Below, in pieces: positions 1 to 7,823 of a stretch of 39,677 nucleotides of DNA. Below the pieces are notes generated by a model, which had not been told where the DNA came from, did not search any database, and was given only the letters and a program-made list of their open reading frames with translations. Numbering within the stretch: position 1 is the first letter of the stretch; each line of letters opens with the position of its first letter. The translations under genes were made by a program, and so were the position numbers. The DNA lies in assembly GCA_038321865.1 (NCBI GenBank), contig JBBQFH010000030.1:1-39677 (forward strand), read 5' to 3'. Source of the DNA: Gemmatimonadales bacterium (GTDB lineage: Bacteria; Gemmatimonadota; Gemmatimonadetes; Gemmatimonadales; GWC2-71-9).

Positions 1-68
1 TGGACGCCGTCGGTCCCGCCGTACACATTGTTGACGTCCGCGCCATTCACATTGACCAGGATTTTCCC

Positions 69-542
69 ATGATTTCGAGACGTACGTGGCTCACCCGTAC
101 CGGCGGAGCGGCCCTGCTGGCGCTCGCTGGCCGCCGCTCGCTGGCCGCCGCCGTGCTGGCCAAGCCTACCCTGATCATATACAAGGATCCGAGCTGCGGC
201 TGTTGCGGGCAGTGGATCGACTATGTGCGCGCCAACGGTTTTGCGGCCGAGGTACACAACGACACGGCGATGGATGCGGTGAAGACCCGCCTCGGTGTCC
301 CGGCCTCGATGCGATCCTGCCACACCGCGCAGATCGGCGGGTATCTGGTGGAAGGCCACGTACCGGTGGCCGATATGCAGCGGATGCTGAAGGAGCGTCC
401 GAAGATCATGGGGCTCGCGACACCGGGCATGCCGATGAGCGCCCCGGGCATGCTTCAGCCGGGGGCCCGGGTGATGCCGTACGATGTGATGGCGTTCCAG
501 CGCATTGGGTCGGCGCGCGTCTACGCGCACCATACCAGCTGA
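69..542 (+). CDS. DUF411-family metal-binding periplasmic protein with Tat signal
   Basis: Twin-arginine signal (ISRRTWL); YKDPSCGCC, SCHTA and VEGHVP motifs typical of DUF411; AGGA upstream of ATG. Confidence 0.85.
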   Translation: MISRRTWLTRTGGAALLALAGRRSLAAAVLAKPTLIIYKDPSCGCCGQWIDYVRANGFAAEVHNDTAMDAVKTRLGVPASMRSCHTAQIGGYLVEGHVPVADMQRMLKERPKIMGLATPGMPMSAPGMLQPGARVMPYDVMAFQRIGSARVYAHHTS

Positions 543-551
543 GGCCGTCGC

Positions 552-770
552 TCAGGGTCGTTCGGCGATGGCCATCGACCGGCTGGACTGCGCGGATGCA
601 GGGCGGAGATGCCGTGTGGCGGCGGTGTCGACCGGAGCCGGAGCCGCTGCGGGAGGGGCCACGGTCATCTTCCCCCCGTAGGGCGAGATCGCGGTGAGCA
701 GATCGGACGACCGGGTCGCCATGATCGAGCCCACGGCGGCGATGTTCAGGACCAGAAGCAGGCGATTCAT
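552..770 (-). CDS. Small hypothetical protein, possibly secreted
   Basis: ATG at 770 gives MNRLLLVLNIAAVGSIMAT..., with a hydrophobic N-terminus and Pro/Ala-rich tail. Fills the gap convergent with the DUF411 gene; no recognisable motif. Confidence 0.35.
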   Translation of the reverse strand: MNRLLLVLNIAAVGSIMATRSSDLLTAISPYGGKMTVAPPAAAPAPVDTAATRHLRPASAQSSRSMAIAERP

Positions 771-875
771 GGGAACAAAATATCGTCGGCAATGATGCGT
801 TCGCTGTGACGCAGAATACACGGGACGGCGCTACCTTGAGGGTGGCACCCCCCATCCCCCAGCCAGGATCGTGTC

Positions 876-1076
876 ATGCGCCCGGTAGGCATCCTCCTCG
901 CTCTTGTCGGTCTGGCCGGCATCGTCGTCGGACTTCTGGGCATGTTCGGGGTCCGGATGTTTCAGCCGAGCGGCGGCCTCGGTGACGTCACGATGCCGGG
1001 CGCGGGGCCGATCATCGCCGGCGTGATCCTGCTGGCGGTCGGGTTCGCGATCGCGACCGCGCGCCGACAGGTCTAG
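876..1076 (+). CDS. Small two-TM membrane protein
   Basis: 66 aa, two hydrophobic segments, basic C-terminus; AGGA upstream. Confidence 0.65.
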   Translation: MRPVGILLALVGLAGIVVGLLGMFGVRMFQPSGGLGDVTMPGAGPIIAGVILLAVGFAIATARRQV

Positions 1077-1080
1077 CGCC

Positions 1081-1395
1081 GTGGTGGTCTGCCAGTGGCA
1101 TCTCGACGTACCCTACGGCCAGCAGTCACAGGCGCTGGCCGCCATCCGGGCCTGGGGCAGGGAGAAGTTCGCATCCTCCGAGTTCCGCCGCGCCACCAGC
1201 GCCCGGCTGCTGGTCGGCTTCATCGGCGACTCCGCCTCCCATATCATCGACGAATACGTTTTCGAATCGCTGGCCGACTTTGAGGCGGCGCTGGCGGGGA
1301 TGAGCGCGCCGCAGTTCAAACCGCTTTCCGATGCGCTGGCGCCCTTTGTGGTGGCGGGGTCGCAGCGCTGGCAGGTCTACCGCATCCTCGACTGA
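1081..1395 (+). CDS. Hypothetical protein, probable dimeric alpha+beta barrel (NIPSNAP/ABM-like)
   Basis: 104 aa with the pattern DEYVFESLADFEAAL typical of that fold; GTG 4 nt after the upstream stop. Confidence 0.6.
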   Translation: MVVCQWHLDVPYGQQSQALAAIRAWGREKFASSEFRRATSARLLVGFIGDSASHIIDEYVFESLADFEAALAGMSAPQFKPLSDALAPFVVAGSQRWQVYRILD

Positions 1396-1458
1396 GGTCT
1401 TGCCGACACACCGTGGCTTTGTCCCCACAGCTGGGGTCAAGATGGCCCAGTACCCCGC

Positions 1459-1474
1459 TGGCACAATTCTGGCT
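1459..1474 (+). promoter_or_regulatory. Putative sigma54 (-24/-12) promoter for the acpS-ACP-ligase operon
   Basis: TGGCAC-AATTC-TGGCT: exact TGGCAC, GG-N10-GC spacing, one mismatch to TTGC; in a lower-GC intergenic gap about 85 nt before the acpS ATG. Confidence 0.55.
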
Positions 1475-1557
1475 TGATCCTCCCGCAATTCCGCAACGCT
1501 TTCACAGGAACTCGACCCGCCACGCCGTCTCCGCGCAGCGGAGGGAAGGTGATACTC

Positions 1558-1959
1558 ATGCCGGAGCGCATGCGTGTCGGGATTGATCTGGTCCCTGTGG
1601 AGGAGGTGTCCCGGTCGCTCGAGCGGTTCGGCCGCCGGTACGTGCATCGGCTCTTCACGCCGGCAGAAGCGGCGTACTGCGCTGCCGATCCGCAGACTGC
1701 GGCCGAGCGGTTCGCGGCCCGGTTTGCCGCGAAGGAGGCAGTTTTCAAGGTCCTTCACGCTGCCGACGAGGCGATGGACTGGCGCTGCATCGAAGTGCGG
1801 CGTAACGCCGGCGGCTGGTGTGACATCGTGCTGCATGGCCCGGTGGCAGCGCTGGCGGAGCGGTCGCGCGTGACCGAGCTGTCGTTGAGCATGAGCCACG
1901 AGGCGGCGTATGCCACCGCGGTCGTGGTGGCGTCAGGGAACTTTCCGAACGAAGGGTGA
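1558..1959 (+). CDS. acpS: Holo-[acyl-carrier-protein] synthase (AcpS-type PPTase)
   Basis: VGIDLV, RLFTPAE, ARFAAKEAVFK and LSMSHE motifs; GGAGG upstream of ATG 1558 (ATG 1570 is an alternative start). Confidence 0.93.
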   Translation: MPERMRVGIDLVPVEEVSRSLERFGRRYVHRLFTPAEAAYCAADPQTAAERFAARFAAKEAVFKVLHAADEAMDWRCIEVRRNAGGWCDIVLHGPVAALAERSRVTELSLSMSHEAAYATAVVVASGNFPNEG

Positions 1960-2219
1960 GATCGATGATTGAAGCCATCAGGGAAGTCCTGCGGCAGCAT
2001 GGCCGCCTCTCCACGCCGGTCGAACCGCTTGCGGAAACCGCGGATCTCTATCAGGCAGGCCTGAGTTCGCATGCGAGCGTGAACCTGATGCTCGCGCTCG
2101 AGGAGTGCTTCGACATCGAGTTTCCGGAGCGAATGCTCCGCCGGCGGACGTTCGAGTCGATGGCCGCGATGCGTGAGGCCATTCTGGAGCTGACCAGCAT
2201 TAGGTCGGCGGCGGGCTGA
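1956..2219 (+). CDS. Aminoacyl carrier protein
   Basis: DLYQAGLSSHASVNLMLALEECFDIEFP; the GLSSHA variant of the phosphopantetheine motif matches carriers of aa:CP ligases. GTGA overlap with acpS (ATG 1965 is an alternative start). Confidence 0.9.
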   Translation: MRSMIEAIREVLRQHGRLSTPVEPLAETADLYQAGLSSHASVNLMLALEECFDIEFPERMLRRRTFESMAAMREAILELTSIRSAAG

Positions 2220-2224
2220 CGCGC

Positions 2225-3403
2225 ATGGCCACAGCGGCGCTGGAGTCCGGGACCCTGGCCGCGGACCTGCTCGCCCGCGCCGAGCGAATCGGCGAAGGCG
2301 TGGCGGGACCCGCGGCGGTGGCCGTGGATCGCGATGCGCGCTTCCCGCGCGAGGCCATCGACGCGCTGCGGCGCGAGCGGATGCTGAGCGCGTTCGTGCC
2401 CGTGGAGCTGGGGGGGATGGGTGCGGGCGTCGGCGAGCTGGCCGCGGTCTGCGATATTCTGGGCCGCCACTGCTCGGCAGCGGCAATGGTGTTCGCGATG
2501 CATCAGATCGAGGTGATCTGTCTGGTGCGTCACGGGCTTCGCTCCGGGTGGATCCGCCGGTATCTGGCCGATCTCGTCGAGAGCCAGCGTCTGATCGCCT
2601 CCGCCACGTCCGAGGTCGGCGTCGGCGGTGACGTGCGGACCAGTCTCTGCGCCGTGGACCGGCAGGGCGACGGCTTCACGCTGGAGAAGCAGGCTTCGGT
2701 GATCTCCTACGGCGAATACGCCGACGACATCCTGGCGACCGCCCGCCGCGCGCCGGATGCGGCGGCTGGCGATCAGGTGCTGGTGCTGCTCGCCGGCGCC
2801 GGCATGACAGTCGAGCGGACCGGCGATTGGGACACCCTCGGCTTCCGCGGCACCTGCAGTCCCGGCTTCAGGCTGGCTGCCCGTGGCGAGTCGGGCCAGA
2901 TCCTCGAGGATCCGTTCGCCGACATTTCTACCCGGACCATGCTCCCGGTTTCGCACATTCTCTGGGCGTCCATCTGGCTCGGGATCGCGACGACCGCGGT
3001 GGACCGCGCCCGCGCGTTCGTGCGGGCCGACGCACGGAAGCGACCGGGCGTCACGCCGCCGGCCAGCCTCCGACTCGCGGAACTGACGGGCGTGCTGCAG
3101 ATGATGCGCGCCAACGTGCACGACTGCACCCGCGAGTACGAGCGCGTGATGGATGACGCCGATGCGCTGTCCTCGCTGGGCTTCGTCATCCGGATGAACA
3201 ACCTCAAGGTCGGCACCTCGCAGCTCGTGGTGCAGATCGTCTCGCAGGCACTGCTCATCTGCGGCATGTCCGGCTACCGCAACGAGGGGCCGTACAGCCT
3301 GGGCCGCCAGCTGCGCGATGCGTACGGCGCGATGCTCATGATCAACAATGACCGCATCGCCGGCGCCAATGCCTCCATGCTCCTCATCCACAAGGGCGAG
3401 TGA
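2225..3403 (+). CDS. Acyl-CoA/acyl-ACP dehydrogenase family protein
   Basis: VDRDARFPREAIDAL, VPVELGGMG, WDTLGFRGT and GMSGY...LGRQLRDA ACAD motifs. Confidence 0.9.
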   Translation: MATAALESGTLAADLLARAERIGEGVAGPAAVAVDRDARFPREAIDALRRERMLSAFVPVELGGMGAGVGELAAVCDILGRHCSAAAMVFAMHQIEVICLVRHGLRSGWIRRYLADLVESQRLIASATSEVGVGGDVRTSLCAVDRQGDGFTLEKQASVISYGEYADDILATARRAPDAAAGDQVLVLLAGAGMTVERTGDWDTLGFRGTCSPGFRLAARGESGQILEDPFADISTRTMLPVSHILWASIWLGIATTAVDRARAFVRADARKRPGVTPPASLRLAELTGVLQMMRANVHDCTREYERVMDDADALSSLGFVIRMNNLKVGTSQLVVQIVSQALLICGMSGYRNEGPYSLGRQLRDAYGAMLMINNDRIAGANASMLLIHKGE

Positions 3404-3404
3404 C

Positions 3405-4337
3405 GTGACGGCGCGGCCGCTCGCGGCACCCGCTTCAGATGCCTACACGACATTCCGCGACGAGCTGGTGGCGCATGGCCTTCTCGTGGCGACCGGGGTG
3501 CCGGGCCTGTTCGGTCGGGGGGCCGCGTTCGAGCGGGTGATCGAGCGATTCGACGACTGTGTCACCCGCGCCGGTGCGGCCGACCACCCGGAGATCGTCC
3601 GCTTCCCTCCGCTCCTCAATCGCCGCGAGTTCGAGCGCAGCGAGTATCTCAAGTCGTTTCCCAACCTCTGCGGGTCGGTGCACAGCTTTGCTGGTGGCGA
3701 CGCCGATCACCGTGCGCTGCTGCATGCGGTGGAACGGGGCGCGGACTGGACCGGCGGGCTGGTACCGACGGAGGTCGTGCTGACACCGGCCGCCTGCTAT
3801 CCGGTTTATCCGGCCGCGGCGGGGACGCTGCCTGCGCAAGGCCGGCTGTTCGACGTGTTCTCCTACTGCTTCCGGCACGAGCCGTCAGCCGACCCGGCTC
3901 GGATGCAGATGTTCCGCATGCATGAGTACGTGCGGCTCGGTGAGCCGGACGAGGTGCTCCGTTTCCGCGACGTCTGGCTCGAGCGGAGCCTAGCGCTCCT
4001 CCACGCCGTCGGGCTGGATGCCAGCGCCGTGGTGGCGAACGACCCCTTTTTCGGACGGGCCGGACGGATGCTCGCATCCAATCAGCGCGAGCTCTCGCTC
4101 AAGTTCGAGCTGGTGGTGCCGATCTGTTCGGCCGAAAAGCCGACGGCCGTCGTCTCCTGCAACTACCATCAGGATCACTTCGGCACGCTGTTCGGCATCG
4201 CCACCTCCGCTGGCGCACCGGCGCACACGGCCTGCATAGGCTTCGGAATGGAGCGGGTTGCGCTCGCGCTGTTCCGCAGACATGGCCTCGAGCCCGAGCG
4301 GTGGCCGGCGACTGTCCGCGTCACGCTCGGGCTATGA
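3405..4337 (+). CDS. Amino acid--[acyl-carrier-protein] ligase (truncated atypical SerRS homolog)
   Basis: Class II aaRS motif 2 (CFRHEPS..PARMQMFRMHE) and motif 3 (GFGMERVALALF); likely Zn ligands in PAACYP, MHEY and HTACIG; no tRNA-binding domain. GTG 1 nt after the ACAD stop. Confidence 0.92.
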   Translation: MTARPLAAPASDAYTTFRDELVAHGLLVATGVPGLFGRGAAFERVIERFDDCVTRAGAADHPEIVRFPPLLNRREFERSEYLKSFPNLCGSVHSFAGGDADHRALLHAVERGADWTGGLVPTEVVLTPAACYPVYPAAAGTLPAQGRLFDVFSYCFRHEPSADPARMQMFRMHEYVRLGEPDEVLRFRDVWLERSLALLHAVGLDASAVVANDPFFGRAGRMLASNQRELSLKFELVVPICSAEKPTAVVSCNYHQDHFGTLFGIATSAGAPAHTACIGFGMERVALALFRRHGLEPERWPATVRVTLGL

Positions 4338-5299
4338 AGACCGAGGTCCTTCCGCTCCTCCCCGGGGCTCAGGAGCGCCACGCGCTGCACCGCGACGAGC
4401 GCGTGTGGCCTGAAACCAACTGCTACGTGGATCTCTGGATCGAGCTGCTGCACGCGCTCGGCCTCGACCCCGTGGCGGCGATGGGATTTGCGCTCGCACT
4501 CGATTTCGAGGGCGACCAATGGCGCTTTTTCAAGTTCGCCACGGCGGACCTCGCCGAACTCTATGGAATCGATGTGCAGGAGCTGGCGATCTGGCGGCCG
4601 GTGGAGTGGCATCTTCTCGAGCAGATCGACGCCGGCCGCCCCGTCATCGTCGAGGTGGACGCGTTTTACCTCCCGGATACCGCGGGAACCTCATACCAGG
4701 CTGATCACGTAAAGACGTCCATCGCCGCCCAGATGATCGATCCGGACGCGGCGCGTCTCGGCTACTTCCACAACGCCGGGTACTATGAGCTGGGCGGGCA
4801 CGATTTCCGGGGCGTCTTCCGCGCGGAGGGCGCTGCGCTGCCGCCCTACTGCGAACTCGTCCGGCTGGATCGTCTGCGGCGTCCGGAACTCGCTGGCCTG
4901 GTCCACCGCGCCGCGGCGCTAGGGCGGATACATCTCGCACGGCGCGCCGCCGACAACCCCGTCCGGCGGTATCGCGCGCGATTCACGCACGACCTGGCCT
5001 GGCTTCGGGGAGAAGGTCTCCCTGCGTTTCACCTCTACGCCTTCGCCACCCTCCGCCAGTGCGGCGCCGGAGCGGAAATCGCCGCCACGTTCGTGCGGTG
5101 GCTCGCGGGTCACGGCCACGCCGGGCTCGATCCGGCCGCCGCCGCGTTTCAGCGCGTGGCGGAAACGGCCAAGGGCATGCAGTTCACGCTCGCGCGCGCG
5201 CGCGCTGGGCGTGAGGCGCACTTCGAGCCGATGTTCGACACGATGGAGCGAAGCTGGGACGACGCCATGACCGTGCTGGCAGAGCGTTATGGCGACTGA
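4334..5299 (+). CDS. DUF1839 family protein
   Basis: HALH..ERVWPETNCYVDLWIELL, DFEGDQWRFFK, YAFATLRQCG; ATGA overlap with the ligase stop. Confidence 0.85.
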   Translation: MKTEVLPLLPGAQERHALHRDERVWPETNCYVDLWIELLHALGLDPVAAMGFALALDFEGDQWRFFKFATADLAELYGIDVQELAIWRPVEWHLLEQIDAGRPVIVEVDAFYLPDTAGTSYQADHVKTSIAAQMIDPDAARLGYFHNAGYYELGGHDFRGVFRAEGAALPPYCELVRLDRLRRPELAGLVHRAAALGRIHLARRAADNPVRRYRARFTHDLAWLRGEGLPAFHLYAFATLRQCGAGAEIAATFVRWLAGHGHAGLDPAAAAFQRVAETAKGMQFTLARARAGREAHFEPMFDTMERSWDDAMTVLAERYGD

Positions 5300-7823
5300 A
5301 GCGCTGCGTGTGCGCGTCGAGGGTGTCGGCGCGGAGGAGCTGCGTGGCTGGGAGATCGCGCGGCTGCCGGCGGGCGGACCTGGTCGGCCCGACGAGCTGG
5401 TCGCGCTCGCGCCCGAGTGGCTCCCGGTCGCGCTGCCGGCGACGGCGGCCAGCGCACTGGCCGCGGCCGGCCGCTGGACGTTCGACGACGAGATGGACTT
5501 CGACGCGCACGACTGGTGGTTTCGCTGCCGCTTCGCCGCGGCGATCCCGGCCGGCACCGAGCGGCTGCTCCACTTCGGTGGGCTCGCGACGATCGCGGAC
5601 GTGTGGCTCAACGGCGTGTTGCTCCTGCACTCCTCCAACATGTTCCACGCCAGCGAGCGTGAGGTCTCCGCGATCCTTCGTGAGCAGAACGACCTGCTGA
5701 TCCGGTGCCGCGCGCTGCAGCCGCTGTTCGCGCTCAAGCGGCCTCGGCCGCGGTGGCGCACCCGGTTGGTGGAGGCGCAGGCGCTGCGCTGGTTCCGGAC
5801 GACGCTCCTCGGCCGCATGCCCGGCTGGTCGCCACCGGCGGCTCCGGTGGGCCCCTGGCGGCCGATCGTGCTGAGGGGTGCCACACCGCTCGCGGTTGAT
5901 TCGGCCGACATCGGGGCTCGGCTCGAAGGAAACACCGGCGTCATCACGGTCACGCTTCGCGTTCGGTCGCGGGCGCCGGTCGTGCGGGCGACGCTGCTGG
6001 CGGGAGCACTGCGTGCGCCGCTCGCATTGCGCCCCGACGGCGACGGCACGCAGCTGACCGGTGAGTTGCGGCTGGAGTCGCCCGCGGTCTGGTGGCCGCA
6101 TACGCACGGCGCGCAGCCGCGATACGGAGTCCGCGTCGTCGCTGAAACGGCCGCGGGCGAAGTCGCCATCGACTGCGGCCGGGTTGGGTTCCGATCGATC
6201 GATCTGCTCACCGCCGACGGCGATTTCGCGCTGCACGTCAATGGACGGCTGGTGTTCTGCCGCGGCGCCTGCTGGACGCCGCTGGACGTCGTCCGGCTGT
6301 CGGCGCCGGAGGCAGGCTACCGCGAGGCGCTCGAGCTGGCCCGCGATGCGGGAATGAATATGCTCCGCGTCGGTGGCACGATGGTGTACGAGGATGACGT
6401 GTTTTACGAGCTTTGCGACGAGCTCGGAATTCTCGTCTGGCAGGACTTCATGCTGGCCAACATGGATTATCCCGCCAGTGACGACGCGTTCCTCACCAGC
6501 CTCGGGACCGAAGCCGGGCAACTGCTCCGGCGGCTCCAGGGGCGGCCGTCGCTCGCGGTGCTCTGCGGCGGCAGCGAAGTGGAGCAGCAGGCGGCCATGC
6601 TCGGACTGCCGAGGGACACCTGGAGCGGCCCGCTGTTCAGCCGGATCCTGCCTGAGCTCTGCCGACAGCTGGCTCCGGGGGTCCCCTACTGGCCGTCGAG
6701 CCCAAGCGGCGGTCCGCTGCCGTTTCACGCCAACCGCGGTGCCACCCACTACTACGGGGTCGGCGCATACCTGCGGCCGCTCGAGGATGCCCGGCGCGCG
6801 GAGGTGCGGTTCGCCTCCGAATGCCTCGCCTTTGCCAATGTGCCGGATCCGGCAACGGTGCATGAGGTGCTGGGCCCGCCGGACGCGCCGGAGCGGTATC
6901 CGCGCTGGAAGCGCCGGATTCCGCGTGATGCCGGCACCAGCTGGGATTTCGAGGACGTACGCGATCACTATGTGGGCCGGCTGTTCGGCGTGGACCCGGA
7001 GCAGCTGCGTCATGCCGATATGGAGCGGTACCTCGCACTCGGGCGGATCGCGACCGGCGAGGTGATGGCGATGACGTTTGCCGAATGGCGGCGCGCGCGC
7101 TCGACCTGTCGCGGGGCCCTCGTGTTCCTGTTCCGCGACCTGTGGCCGGGCGCAGGCTGGGGCGTGATCGACTCGCACGGCCGGCCCAAGGCCGCCTACT
7201 ACTATCTGAAGCGCGTGCTCCAGCCGGTGGCGCTGCTGGCGACCGACGAAGGCGTCAACGGTCTCGCGCTTCACATCGTGAACGAGACCGCGGTCCCCCT
7301 CGATGGGGAGCTACGTCTCGCGCTGTATCGTGACGGCGAGACGCAGGTCGGCGCCGGCTGCACGCGGGTTCGCGTCCCGGCCGGCACCACCGCCGAGCTC
7401 GCCGCTGACACCTTGCTCGAGGGGTTCCGCGATATCACGTACTCGTACCGCTTTGGTTCGCCGGGCCACAATCTCGTGGTCGTGACGCTGGACGATGCGG
7501 TGACCGGCCGCCCACTGGGCGAGACCTGTTTCTTTCCGACGCGGCTGCCGTCGGCGGTCGAGTCCGACGTTGGACTCGAGGCGGCCATGACGCGGGATGA
7601 GATCGGATGGGTCGTCACGATGCGGACACGCCGGTTTGCGCAGGCAGTGGTCGTCGATGTACCAGGGTACCGTCCCGATGACAACTATTTTCATTTGCCT
7701 CCGGCCGGAGCGCGTCGGGTCCGGCTGCATTCCATCGGCGGTGGCGACCCTCCCCACGGGTGGGTTGGCGCGCTGAATTCGCGCGCCCGCGCCCGGCTGA
7801 CGCTGGCGAGCGCCATCGTATGA
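5289..7823 (+). CDS. Glycoside hydrolase family 2 (beta-mannosidase-like), no signal peptide
   Basis: FGGLATIADVWLNG, WWPHTHGAQPRY, GMNMLRVGG, YELCDELGILVWQDF, LCGGSE and RFASE; 11-nt overlap with DUF1839. Confidence 0.88.
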   Translation: MATEALRVRVEGVGAEELRGWEIARLPAGGPGRPDELVALAPEWLPVALPATAASALAAAGRWTFDDEMDFDAHDWWFRCRFAAAIPAGTERLLHFGGLATIADVWLNGVLLLHSSNMFHASEREVSAILREQNDLLIRCRALQPLFALKRPRPRWRTRLVEAQALRWFRTTLLGRMPGWSPPAAPVGPWRPIVLRGATPLAVDSADIGARLEGNTGVITVTLRVRSRAPVVRATLLAGALRAPLALRPDGDGTQLTGELRLESPAVWWPHTHGAQPRYGVRVVAETAAGEVAIDCGRVGFRSIDLLTADGDFALHVNGRLVFCRGACWTPLDVVRLSAPEAGYREALELARDAGMNMLRVGGTMVYEDDVFYELCDELGILVWQDFMLANMDYPASDDAFLTSLGTEAGQLLRRLQGRPSLAVLCGGSEVEQQAAMLGLPRDTWSGPLFSRILPELCRQLAPGVPYWPSSPSGGPLPFHANRGATHYYGVGAYLRPLEDARRAEVRFASECLAFANVPDPATVHEVLGPPDAPERYPRWKRRIPRDAGTSWDFEDVRDHYVGRLFGVDPEQLRHADMERYLALGRIATGEVMAMTFAEWRRARSTCRGALVFLFRDLWPGAGWGVIDSHGRPKAAYYYLKRVLQPVALLATDEGVNGLALHIVNETAVPLDGELRLALYRDGETQVGAGCTRVRVPAGTTAELAADTLLEGFRDITYSYRFGSPGHNLVVVTLDDAVTGRPLGETCFFPTRLPSAVESDVGLEAAMTRDEIGWVVTMRTRRFAQAVVVDVPGYRPDDNYFHLPPAGARRVRLHSIGGGDPPHGWVGALNSRARARLTLASAIV

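Noticed and set aside
1474..1557. Extended N-termini given by the ORF track for acpS (also the ligase, kinase, ChrB-like, pilin and thiC ORFs)
   Set aside because: Downstream starts have an RBS, a stop/start overlap or match the family N-terminus; the extensions overlap promoters or neighbouring genes.
3405..4337. Seryl-tRNA synthetase
   Set aside because: Too short, has no tRNA-binding arm and sits in an operon with a carrier protein; it fits an aa:carrier ligase.
5191..5205. (CG)7C run in DUF1839 as a phase-variation tract
   Set aside because: It is in frame (LARARA), short, and expected by chance at this GC content.
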